From: a virus
Taxonomy: Duplodnaviria > Caudoviricetes
Length of the DNA stretch: 64,000 bases
Virus record (IMG/VR): IMGVR_UViG_3300032236_001024
Location: 1-64,000 of that record
Strand: one strand, 5' to 3'
This document shows positions 35,202 to 44,269 of the stretch, one piece after another; the stretch's first letter is position 1; every line of letters starts with the position of its first letter. The notes under the pieces were generated by a model. It worked only from the letters and a program-made list of their open reading frames with translations, made no database searches and had not been told where the DNA came from. A program made the position numbers and the translations under genes.

Positions 35202-37292
35202 ATGTCAATAGATAAATTTACAGATAATCCAGAATATGTTAAGAAAATTACTAACAGAGATGGTTCTGGATTAAGTAAGAGTGTTGCTCCTCAACATATT
35301 GATGGAACTGGCAATCCTATTCCTTACTATGAAGTATCCGTAAAAGAAAAACCTGGTCATGCTTCTGATACAACTATTACTCATACAGGACCAGGTGCTG
35401 GCGTATCAACAGGCATAGGAAAATCTACAGACATGCAAGGATTCGTTTCCACTACAGGAAACAGAATCATGTTGGACAATACTTTTGGTTCTGACACTAT
35501 TGTTCTGCAGCATCATTCAGGCGCAACTATAATGATTGACGCTGACGGTTCAATCCATATGATATCTTCTGGTAAAAAAGGTGTTGGTATGGTGGCTCCA
35601 AAAGGAGACGGAACTGTATATGCCAAAAATCATCTTATTCTCAAAGCAGATGGTAAACTAACAATCGAAACAGATGGTGATCTTGATATTAATGTTGGTG
35701 GCGCACTTTCTCTCCATGTTAAAGGTGATATGCACACATATGTTGAAGGATCAATTGAAGAATTTACAGATGGGGCTAAAGTAACTGAAGTTGTCAAGGA
35801 TATGAGTCATACAGTTGGTGGTGACAACAGAATAACCGTTGCTGGTAACATGCACACGCAAGTTACTGGACAAAAAGAAATTGATGTTGGTAAAGATACT
35901 TTTATTCGTTCTGACAAGAATACACTCATCGCAACTCAAGAAACCATGAAGATTATGTCTATTGGTGACATGAGCCATGATACAAAAGCTAAGTTTACGA
36001 CAAAATCAGAAGATGATATGACGCATGAGACCAAAGCAAACTATGCTGTAAAGATCGAAGGTGACGCAACTTTTGATAATAAAGGAACCAATACACTTAA
36101 ATCAGATGGCAATATATCAATCAATACTCAAGGAATGGTATTAGCTAAAGCTGCTGATGCAGTCAGTATAGAAACTCAAGACAATTTTGATCTTAAAGCT
36201 ACTGGCGATACAAAGTTATCAGTTGGTGGAGATTTTAATATTGATACAGATGGTGATCTTATCACTAAATCTGGTGGAGCAACTAGTATTGAAACTCAAG
36301 GAACATTTGACGCAAAATCTGAAGATGATATGAAATTATCATCTGGTGCAATCATGTCAATACAATCAACTGGTGTTGCAGATTTTAGATCATCATCGAC
36401 TGATATTGATGCTGGCGATCCTTCACCTTCTTCACCAAATAGTCCGTCTCCTTTAGAACCAAATGAGGCTGATCCAGCAAACGATACTTCGGATATTAAG
36501 GAGGCACCAAAGGCGCAATATCCACCAGCTGAAACTATTGTAGATAATATGACTACTATTCGTGAGGCTCCAGATTTTCCAAAGAATGCTAAGAGAATGT
36601 CTAAAGGCGAATTCTCACTTTATAAAAATGAAGGAAATACACCAAATCCAAAAGCAGAGGAAGCAGCTTCACCAAATCAAGGTGCAGGCGCACCACCAGT
36701 TATTTCAGGTGGCGACATGGGAGAACCTCAAGCAATTGGAGCTTATGATAAATCTTCGTCTGTATCAAATTCATTTATGGCAGAAAAAAATCCATTGCCA
36801 ATGCCAGCATCTATCTATAATACCAATGAAAAAATATCAAAGCATGTAACTGTTGGTCAAATACTAGGATTGCGTTCAGTTCCTGTTGGAGAACAAAAAG
36901 CTATTATAACAGAAGCAATGCATGTGGCATGGAATATTATTGATCCTCTTATTGAAAAATATGGCGCAAGAGTACAAATAACATCTTGGTATAGAAGTAA
37001 CTCAGGTAATCATGCTAAGGGCGGGGCTGTAGATTTACGTTGTTCTAATAAAAATGATGTACAGACAACATCAGAAATAGCAGCATTCGTGAGAGATAAT
37101 CTTCCATACAGTAAGATTTTGTTAGAAAAAAATGATAGCCCAGGAATTCATGTTCATGTGGAATCTGCACAAGCAGGAAATGCTGGTGGAGGAACAGTAA
37201 TAACATGTTCTGATCCAAAATGCGAATCTAGTGTTTCTGGAATACAGTTACAGTATGCAGTTGCAGCATTAGAAGGAAGAACATATGGCTAG
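35202..37292 (+). CDS. gp5 C-terminal beta-helix spike with a C-terminal peptidase M15 domain
   Basis: Octapeptide VxGxxxxx repeats at about aa 150-400; C-terminal ITSWYRS..NHAKGGAVDL...HVHV. Confidence 0.8.
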   Translation: MSIDKFTDNPEYVKKITNRDGSGLSKSVAPQHIDGTGNPIPYYEVSVKEKPGHASDTTITHTGPGAGVSTGIGKSTDMQGFVSTTGNRIMLDNTFGSDTIVLQHHSGATIMIDADGSIHMISSGKKGVGMVAPKGDGTVYAKNHLILKADGKLTIETDGDLDINVGGALSLHVKGDMHTYVEGSIEEFTDGAKVTEVVKDMSHTVGGDNRITVAGNMHTQVTGQKEIDVGKDTFIRSDKNTLIATQETMKIMSIGDMSHDTKAKFTTKSEDDMTHETKANYAVKIEGDATFDNKGTNTLKSDGNISINTQGMVLAKAADAVSIETQDNFDLKATGDTKLSVGGDFNIDTDGDLITKSGGATSIETQGTFDAKSEDDMKLSSGAIMSIQSTGVADFRSSSTDIDAGDPSPSSPNSPSPLEPNEADPANDTSDIKEAPKAQYPPAETIVDNMTTIREAPDFPKNAKRMSKGEFSLYKNEGNTPNPKAEEAASPNQGAGAPPVISGGDMGEPQAIGAYDKSSSVSNSFMAEKNPLPMPASIYNTNEKISKHVTVGQILGLRSVPVGEQKAIITEAMHVAWNIIDPLIEKYGARVQITSWYRSNSGNHAKGGAVDLRCSNKNDVQTTSEIAAFVRDNLPYSKILLEKNDSPGIHVHVESAQAGNAGGGTVITCSDPKCESSVSGIQLQYAVAALEGRTYG

Positions 37293-38796
37293 TTCATGGG
37301 ATTCAAATGGCAATTCAACTGGAGAAACATCAAATCCAGATATGAACAAAGATACGGCTGCGTATACACAAGTAGGTATGTATAACAACCCAGGTTTCTT
37401 TGGTGATCAATCTATGAAAAATTCTAATGCTGCATTTAATAAAGCAGTTGATATGAGTTCTTCAGTTTCTGGGTTTGGTTCATATTTACAACAACAAAAA
37501 GCACCTTCAAATTATCAAAGAACACCAACAAATTATCTTCTTGTTGATAGAGAAAAAGATGCAATTGCTATAAAATCAAAAGAATTGGCTACATATGGCG
37601 TTGTTCCTGTAGATGTTTTGACTCATTTCTTTTATATTTTAGCTGCGATAGAAAATCAAACAGATATGATTCATATTGCAAAAGTTGTTGGAATACCAGA
37701 ATTGGAAAGCAACATATACATCCGTAATATTATCAAGGTTCTTGGAATAAAAGATATTTACAAGGTAGGATATTTGGCTAATGGAGTATCGTCTGTAATC
37801 AATACTTTTGCGTATAAGTATGCAAATGCTTCTACAGCTTCAAATCCATATAATACAAGTTTTGGTGATGTTGCACAAGCACAAGATTTGGCAAGATCGT
37901 TAGGAATACTTGGTCCCATACTAGTATCTGCAGCTACTAATTTGAACAGCGACACCAGTATTTTGAGAAATACCCCAAATATTTCCTCTTCTGCTATTAA
38001 TCAAACTATAAATTACGCTTTAAAATTGGCATCTGGTTCTTCTACAGGTCTTTCGCCATCTGCATTGACAAATCCATCATCAAATATTGGTCAACTGGCG
38101 TCTAAAGTTGGTTCTACTGTAATTAAAAGTTTATTAAGTTCTCCATCTCTTGGAGGATCATTAAATTCTTTTGGAAGTATGGGATCAGTTGCAGCTGGAC
38201 CATTATTAGAACAAGTTGGTGGGTTTGCAATAGGAAACTTTATGTCTGAGCTTATAACTGGCAAGAGAATACCAACACAAAAAATTGCCAATAATCCTTC
38301 TCTCAGACCACCATCATATCAGGGTAAAGCATTCTTTGGCGAAACACCATGTGCTCTTCCAGCTGTAGATCAATTATTTTGTAGAAAAGTAGGATCATTC
38401 GGCAATGCTGCTGGTGGTAGTGGCACGGATTCGTTTGGTATGCAAAATTTTGCTTCGTATGGCGGAACATCTGATATATCTTCGGTAATCACAAGAATGG
38501 TTTCAGGATCGTCAAATATACCAAGTCCAACTACGTATTATGGGCAAAACATGAACCAGATGATTAGTAATGTCTGTAATGTTTTAAATGTACCAACCAA
38601 TTCTTCAATTGAAATGAGAAGATCAGACAACTCAATTCCATTTTTCATTGGATTGAGTGCAGCTATTGCTGGCGAATCCTTTAGTCCATTTGGTTCAAAA
38701 CCTATTTCTGAAGGATGGAAACTAGCTTCATCAACATCAAACGATATTCAAAGATATAATCCACAATACCTCAACGCATGTAGAACATCATTATAA
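37285..38796 (+). CDS. Hypothetical Ser/Asn/Gly-rich baseplate-region protein
   Basis: 503-aa ORF overlapping the upstream stop, within the late operon. Confidence 0.7.
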   Translation: MASSWDSNGNSTGETSNPDMNKDTAAYTQVGMYNNPGFFGDQSMKNSNAAFNKAVDMSSSVSGFGSYLQQQKAPSNYQRTPTNYLLVDREKDAIAIKSKELATYGVVPVDVLTHFFYILAAIENQTDMIHIAKVVGIPELESNIYIRNIIKVLGIKDIYKVGYLANGVSSVINTFAYKYANASTASNPYNTSFGDVAQAQDLARSLGILGPILVSAATNLNSDTSILRNTPNISSSAINQTINYALKLASGSSTGLSPSALTNPSSNIGQLASKVGSTVIKSLLSSPSLGGSLNSFGSMGSVAAGPLLEQVGGFAIGNFMSELITGKRIPTQKIANNPSLRPPSYQGKAFFGETPCALPAVDQLFCRKVGSFGNAAGGSGTDSFGMQNFASYGGTSDISSVITRMVSGSSNIPSPTTYYGQNMNQMISNVCNVLNVPTNSSIEMRRSDNSIPFFIGLSAAIAGESFSPFGSKPISEGWKLASSTSNDIQRYNPQYLNACRTSL

Positions 38797-38799
38797 ATA
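38792..38799 (+). promoter_or_regulatory. Late promoter TATAAATA upstream of gp25
   Basis: Exact consensus, but only 5 bp from the ATG. Confidence 0.6.
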
Positions 38800-38804
38800 A
38801 TAAA

Positions 38805-39194
38805 ATGACAACACAAAACATTTATTCGGACCTCACTACTAATTTTACGACACATCCAATTAAGGGTGATCTAATCTTATTGTCTAATGCAGATGCAGTG
38901 AAGCGTTCTATTATCAATCTGATGTATACAGAACCATATGAAAGATTTTTTAGCCCAAATATTGGGGCTGGTTTAAAATCATATTTGTTTGAAAATATCA
39001 GTCAAGATACTGAATTTATGATAAAAGAAAAAATAAAAGAAGTCATAACTAATTTTGAACCAAGAGCAAATTTGATAAATGTTTCTGTGAAAGCCGTTCC
39101 CGATCAAAATTTATATACTGCTTCTATTGTGTTTTCTATAGTTAATAGTATTAATCCAATAACTCTAGAAGTTATATTACAAAGAGTAAGGTAA
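38805..39194 (+). CDS. gp25: Baseplate wedge subunit
   Basis: YSDL..NF..HP, AVKRSIINL, ERFFSPNIG and FEPRA. Confidence 0.93.
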   Translation: MTTQNIYSDLTTNFTTHPIKGDLILLSNADAVKRSIINLMYTEPYERFFSPNIGAGLKSYLFENISQDTEFMIKEKIKEVITNFEPRANLINVSVKAVPDQNLYTASIVFSIVNSINPITLEVILQRVR

Positions 39195-40984
39195 TGGCAA
39201 ATACAGGTTTTCTTTCAGTATCTGATGCTAGTTTTGATGGGATCAAACAGAACCTAAAAAACTTTCTAAAAGGCAAAACTGAATTTCAAGACTATAATTT
39301 TGAAGGTTCAAACCTTAACGCTATGTTAGATGTTCTTTCATATAACACTTATATGAATTCATTTTATCTGAACATGGTCGGAAGCGAAATGTTTCTCGAT
39401 ACAGCACAAATGAGACAGTCTGCAGTTTCACATGCAAAAGAATTGAATTATTTACCAAGATCAAGAACATCTGCCAGAGCTTTAGTGACCATGACTATTA
39501 ATACTGGAACAGACATTCCTTCATTTTTAGTAGTCCCAGAAAATTATACTTTAAGAGCAACTATAGATCAGAAGAATCTTGATTTTACCACAGACGAAGA
39601 TATATTGGTATTCAATAACAATGGTGTTTATTCTACTGGTCCAATATATGTATATGAAGGTAAAATTGTAACAGAATATTTTACAGTTGTTGATTCTAGT
39701 ACAAAATATATTTTACAATCTGAAAATATTGATACAAATAGTATTAAAGTTACTATTATAAATTCAGATACAGATTCCTCAAATACTGCATATTCATACA
39801 CCGAAAGTCTTTTAGGATTGACTTCTGCATCAGAAGTCTATTTCTTACAAGGATATGGAGAAAATCAATATGAGATTGTATTTGGTGATGGAATTTCTGG
39901 GAAGAAATTGACCAATGGAAATATAGTAAAAGTAAAATATAGATCAACTAATGGTGAATTAGGTAACAGAGTTTCCAATTTTTCTGTTACAAGAAAGATA
40001 GATGATCTTTATAATGTTTCTGTCTCTACTAATGTTGTAGCAACAGATGGGTCTGAAAGAGAAGAAACAGAGTCTATTAAATTCTATTCACCTAGACATT
40101 TTGCTACTCAAAATAGAGCAGTAATAAAAGAAGATTACATAACACTTATTAGAAATAAGTTTCCTCAGATTAAAACTTTGGGTGTATATGGAGGTGAGAA
40201 CGCCGATCCACCTCAATACGGAAAAGTTATTATAACACCAATTCCATATGGGTCAATACCTTTTGTCTCTTCTCAGTTAAAACAATCTATAATTGATTAT
40301 TTGATGACAAAAACATTAACTACAGAGCCTATAATACGTGACCCAGAATATCTTTATCTTAAGATATCTACCAATGTTTCTTATAATCCAACTTTGACTG
40401 AAAAAACTTCAAATCAATTGATATCGGATATCACACAAAAAATTCAAAATTATGATAGTTTATATTTGACTGAATTTGGAAATGATTTTAGAAAATCAAA
40501 ATTATCATCTATGATAGATTCTGTCGATGGATCGATAGTAAGTAATGATACAATTATTAGAATGATTTATAAAATTACACCTGTTCAGGGTATTTCACAG
40601 AGGTATGATTTCTCATTCTCAAATCCTCTATATAGACCATTTTTAGTTGCGTATCAATCTTCAGAAGAAGAAGTAATACAAAGTAATACATTCTCATATG
40701 TTAAGAATGACTACTTGTACGAAAATGTACTCATAACAGATGATGGCATGGGTAATTTAAGAATTTGTTATACTTATGCTGGTGCTAGAGTTGTTCTTGT
40801 AGATTCTATCGGCACTGTGGATTATGCTACTGGTAAAATGTCATTTGACATTAATCCATATAGCTATAACCAGTCGATAGATTTTTATGCAATTCCAAAT
40901 ACAGCAGATATTACAGTAAATGAAAGTAAATTCTTAAGAATAGATTATAGCAAAATTGTTGTTCTCATGAATCCAGTAGCATAA
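39194..40984 (+). CDS. gp6: Baseplate wedge subunit
   Basis: DYNFEGSNLNAMLDVLSYNT, NEMFLD-type motif, LNYLPRSRTSA and QNRAVIKEDY. Confidence 0.93.
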   Translation: MANTGFLSVSDASFDGIKQNLKNFLKGKTEFQDYNFEGSNLNAMLDVLSYNTYMNSFYLNMVGSEMFLDTAQMRQSAVSHAKELNYLPRSRTSARALVTMTINTGTDIPSFLVVPENYTLRATIDQKNLDFTTDEDILVFNNNGVYSTGPIYVYEGKIVTEYFTVVDSSTKYILQSENIDTNSIKVTIINSDTDSSNTAYSYTESLLGLTSASEVYFLQGYGENQYEIVFGDGISGKKLTNGNIVKVKYRSTNGELGNRVSNFSVTRKIDDLYNVSVSTNVVATDGSEREETESIKFYSPRHFATQNRAVIKEDYITLIRNKFPQIKTLGVYGGENADPPQYGKVIITPIPYGSIPFVSSQLKQSIIDYLMTKTLTTEPIIRDPEYLYLKISTNVSYNPTLTEKTSNQLISDITQKIQNYDSLYLTEFGNDFRKSKLSSMIDSVDGSIVSNDTIIRMIYKITPVQGISQRYDFSFSNPLYRPFLVAYQSSEEEVIQSNTFSYVKNDYLYENVLITDDGMGNLRICYTYAGARVVLVDSIGTVDYATGKMSFDINPYSYNQSIDFYAIPNTADITVNESKFLRIDYSKIVVLMNPVA

Positions 40985-40985
40985 A

Positions 40986-42743
40986 ATGTTTGTAGATTTA
41001 AAAAATATTGCTCCTTTAATAGAAAAACAGTTTCCTTCCTTTTATGCTGAAGAAGGTGAAAACTTTCTGCAGTTCATGAAAGCATATTATGAATGGTTAG
41101 ATACTGAAGGACCAGAACAAAAAATTAGAAGACTGGGCGAATATAGAGATATTGACCAGACATTAGATGAATATTTAAAGTATTTCATGTCAAAATACAT
41201 GTATGGAATACCAAAAGAAATTTTATCAGATAAAAAACTTTTAGAAAAGCATATTTTAGACCTTTATCGTTCCAAAGGAACTTCAGAAGGAATGAAGCTT
41301 CTCTTCAGATTACTTTATAATATAGACATTGATATTTACAGACCACAAGTAGACATGCTGAGAACTTCTGGTGGTAAGTGGACTGAAAGAAAGTATATAG
41401 AAGTAAAGTCAAAAAATCTTACAAATCATTATTCTTATTTGAACAAATATATTTACGGGTCTAGTTCTGGTGCAATAGCATATGTCGATGAAGCTATTCA
41501 ATTGTATAGTGGCAATCAAATTTCGCATATTCTTTACATAACAGATTTGCATGTTGGAATAAACGGCGATGAATTTATGGTTGGTGAATATTTAATGTAT
41601 GATGGGTTTACAGATATCTCTGAGGTATCTACTGTTCTTGGTTCCGCCCGTAGCGCAACTGTAGTTAGTTCTGATGCAGAAAATCATATAAACGATACTC
41701 TTACTGCTTATACTGATTCTGGAAAAGGATTAAAAATAGTAGTAAAAAACTTAGCAAATCAATTGTACAAAGGCTATTTAAATTTTAAAATTGTTGACGG
41801 TGGATACGGCTATAGAACAGATTCTGTTATTACATACGGAACTGATCCCACAGGTGCTGGTGCATCATTTAAAATTGCCTCAATTATAAATCCTACAACA
41901 ATAAAATATAATGATGATTTTGTCAAACCTTATTTAAATGTTCCTCTTAATACTAGTTTTAGTGGTCTTGATTTAAAAACATTGTATGACAAAACTACAT
42001 TTCCATTAGCTGCAGCAAACATTAATACAGTAATTGGAAATGCATTAAATATCTATGCTTTAGAAGTCGGTACTATAGGTTCTATAACCGCAACAACATC
42101 TGGCAATCATAAGTATAAAAATGATCTTCAAGTAACAGTAAAAGAACCAAAAGTTATTCCATACGCTATTCCTGACGGCAATGGTGGTATATGGGGTAAT
42201 GATGCAGTCATTACTGCAGAATTGGCTGCATCCAATGGAACTGTTACAGAAGTTAAAGTATTAGCTTCTGGTTATGGGTTTAATACTCAAGATGAACAAA
42301 TATTAACAAGAAATTCTTTAAATGGTAAAGAAGTTAGTTTGAAACTGAATATTGATGGAGTTGGACTTGAAGAAGGTTATTGGGAAGATAATTCAGGATT
42401 CCTGAATTCCGATAAATATATCCAAGATAGTTATTATTATCAAGAGTATTCCTATGAAATTCAGGTTGAAAAATCATTAAACACTTATGTTGATGTGGTG
42501 AAAAAAGTAATGCATCCTCTTGGAAACATTATGTTTGGAAAACCATTAATTATTGATGAAAATACATTAATGTTATCTTTACAAGGCGATAGAGTTAATA
42601 CAAATGTTACAACATCGACTTCAAGTGATTCACGTACATTATTCGATTATGTTATTATTGATAATTCCATGGTTCAATTATTCTGGGATGGATTTGCAAA
42701 TAAATGGAAATATACATCAAATGGTTCAATTTATGTTCAATAA
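40986..42743 (+). CDS. gp7: Baseplate wedge initiator, gp7-like
   Basis: QFPSFY...FMKAYYEWL, YRSKGT and GFLNSDKYIQDSYYYQEYSYEI...HPLG. Confidence 0.8.
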   Translation: MFVDLKNIAPLIEKQFPSFYAEEGENFLQFMKAYYEWLDTEGPEQKIRRLGEYRDIDQTLDEYLKYFMSKYMYGIPKEILSDKKLLEKHILDLYRSKGTSEGMKLLFRLLYNIDIDIYRPQVDMLRTSGGKWTERKYIEVKSKNLTNHYSYLNKYIYGSSSGAIAYVDEAIQLYSGNQISHILYITDLHVGINGDEFMVGEYLMYDGFTDISEVSTVLGSARSATVVSSDAENHINDTLTAYTDSGKGLKIVVKNLANQLYKGYLNFKIVDGGYGYRTDSVITYGTDPTGAGASFKIASIINPTTIKYNDDFVKPYLNVPLNTSFSGLDLKTLYDKTTFPLAAANINTVIGNALNIYALEVGTIGSITATTSGNHKYKNDLQVTVKEPKVIPYAIPDGNGGIWGNDAVITAELAASNGTVTEVKVLASGYGFNTQDEQILTRNSLNGKEVSLKLNIDGVGLEEGYWEDNSGFLNSDKYIQDSYYYQEYSYEIQVEKSLNTYVDVVKKVMHPLGNIMFGKPLIIDENTLMLSLQGDRVNTNVTTSTSSDSRTLFDYVIIDNSMVQLFWDGFANKWKYTSNGSIYVQ

Positions 42744-42754
42744 GAAAGTAAGAT

Positions 42755-44260
42755 ATGCCTAGTAGTTTTAACCAAACAATTAAAACAAAAATTATTGAAG
42801 ATTTCATCAAAGATGTTGCTAACACGCAAGTTAGTTATTATATCGGGTTTGGAAAAAATGATGCTTGGAGTGATGATTCAAATCCTCCATTAGCCAATAC
42901 TAGCATTCAATCATATTTCTATGATGTACATAAAAATTTAATATGTGGTAAAAAATTAGATTCGACCAGTGTTTCTCCAATTATTAGAAGAATTGTTTGG
43001 CAGACTGGTACAGTATATAACCAATATGATCATACAGACGCAAACATTTATTATAAAAATTTCTATGTAATAAATTCATATGGAAGAGTGTATAAGTGTT
43101 TATTCAATAATTATGGTTCTGCTTCGACTGTAATGCCAGATGGGAATATGACTCTTGGCGATTTTGATACTGCAGATGGTTATAAATGGAAATATCTATA
43201 CACTATGTCTCCTGCTATGCAGGTAAATTTTGCTTCAGCAGAATTGATGCCAGTTTATACTGATTCTTCGGTAAGTAGTAAATCAGTAGATGGAGCAATT
43301 CATACATGTTTTGTAAGCACTAAAGGAAGCGGGTATGTTTCTGCTAATGGTATAATAGATTCTGTTTTATCTAGTAATGTATTTAAAATTTCAAATACAA
43401 CTTCATCTTCAAATGTTGGAATATACAACAATTCTACATTTTATGTAAATGGTGGAGTTACAAGTTCATCTCGATCTGTAATCGATAAGTACATAAGCAA
43501 TACAAGTGGTAGATATGTATATACAAAAACTCTTATAACAGAATTGGCTGGTTCAACTTATAGTATTTCACCACAAGTTAAATTTACAGGCGATGGTTCA
43601 GATGTATTTGCTATGGCAGTTGTCAATCCTGTTAATGGTGAAATTAGCAAAATAAATGTTATTAATAAAGGCAGTAATTATAGATATTGTACTTCTGAAA
43701 TAATAGCAAATACTTTATATGGCTCTGGAGCAACTTCATATCCAGTTATATCTCCAAAAGGTGGTCATGGTGCAAATAATATGTATGAATTGGGAGCAAA
43801 AACTATAGCAATTTCTCTCTCAACAAACCAATCTGTTGATGGCGGTAAATTTTTAACTTGGTATACTTACAGACAAACTTCTTTGTTATATAATCCAATA
43901 TCTAGTTCTACTGGAAGTGTATATACAGGAACTAATTTTACACAACTTACTAAATTTGTATTGTCTACATTCACTGATAGATTTACAGTTGGAGATACAG
44001 TAAGTAATTATAGTGGAGCATCAGCAACTGTTGTTTATATGGATACTACCAATAAATTATTGTATGTAAAGAACATTGTAAACGGCAGTTTTCATGAAAA
44101 TGATATCATATATTCTAAACAAATAACAGCTACAATATCTACCATAAATAATACTGATATAGCTCCATACAGTGCAGATGTTTTATATTATAATAATATA
44201 AAACCAATTAGTAGAACAGGCATAACAACAGAACAAGTAAAAATATACTTTTCAATCTAA
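42755..44260 (+). CDS. gp8: Baseplate wedge subunit
   Basis: NFYVINSYGRVYKCLFNN, TADGYKWKYLY, ISPKGGHG and DVLYYNN..PISR. Confidence 0.88.
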   Translation: MPSSFNQTIKTKIIEDFIKDVANTQVSYYIGFGKNDAWSDDSNPPLANTSIQSYFYDVHKNLICGKKLDSTSVSPIIRRIVWQTGTVYNQYDHTDANIYYKNFYVINSYGRVYKCLFNNYGSASTVMPDGNMTLGDFDTADGYKWKYLYTMSPAMQVNFASAELMPVYTDSSVSSKSVDGAIHTCFVSTKGSGYVSANGIIDSVLSSNVFKISNTTSSSNVGIYNNSTFYVNGGVTSSSRSVIDKYISNTSGRYVYTKTLITELAGSTYSISPQVKFTGDGSDVFAMAVVNPVNGEISKINVINKGSNYRYCTSEIIANTLYGSGATSYPVISPKGGHGANNMYELGAKTIAISLSTNQSVDGGKFLTWYTYRQTSLLYNPISSSTGSVYTGTNFTQLTKFVLSTFTDRFTVGDTVSNYSGASATVVYMDTTNKLLYVKNIVNGSFHENDIIYSKQITATISTINNTDIAPYSADVLYYNNIKPISRTGITTEQVKIYFSI

Positions 44261-44269
44261 GGACTAACA

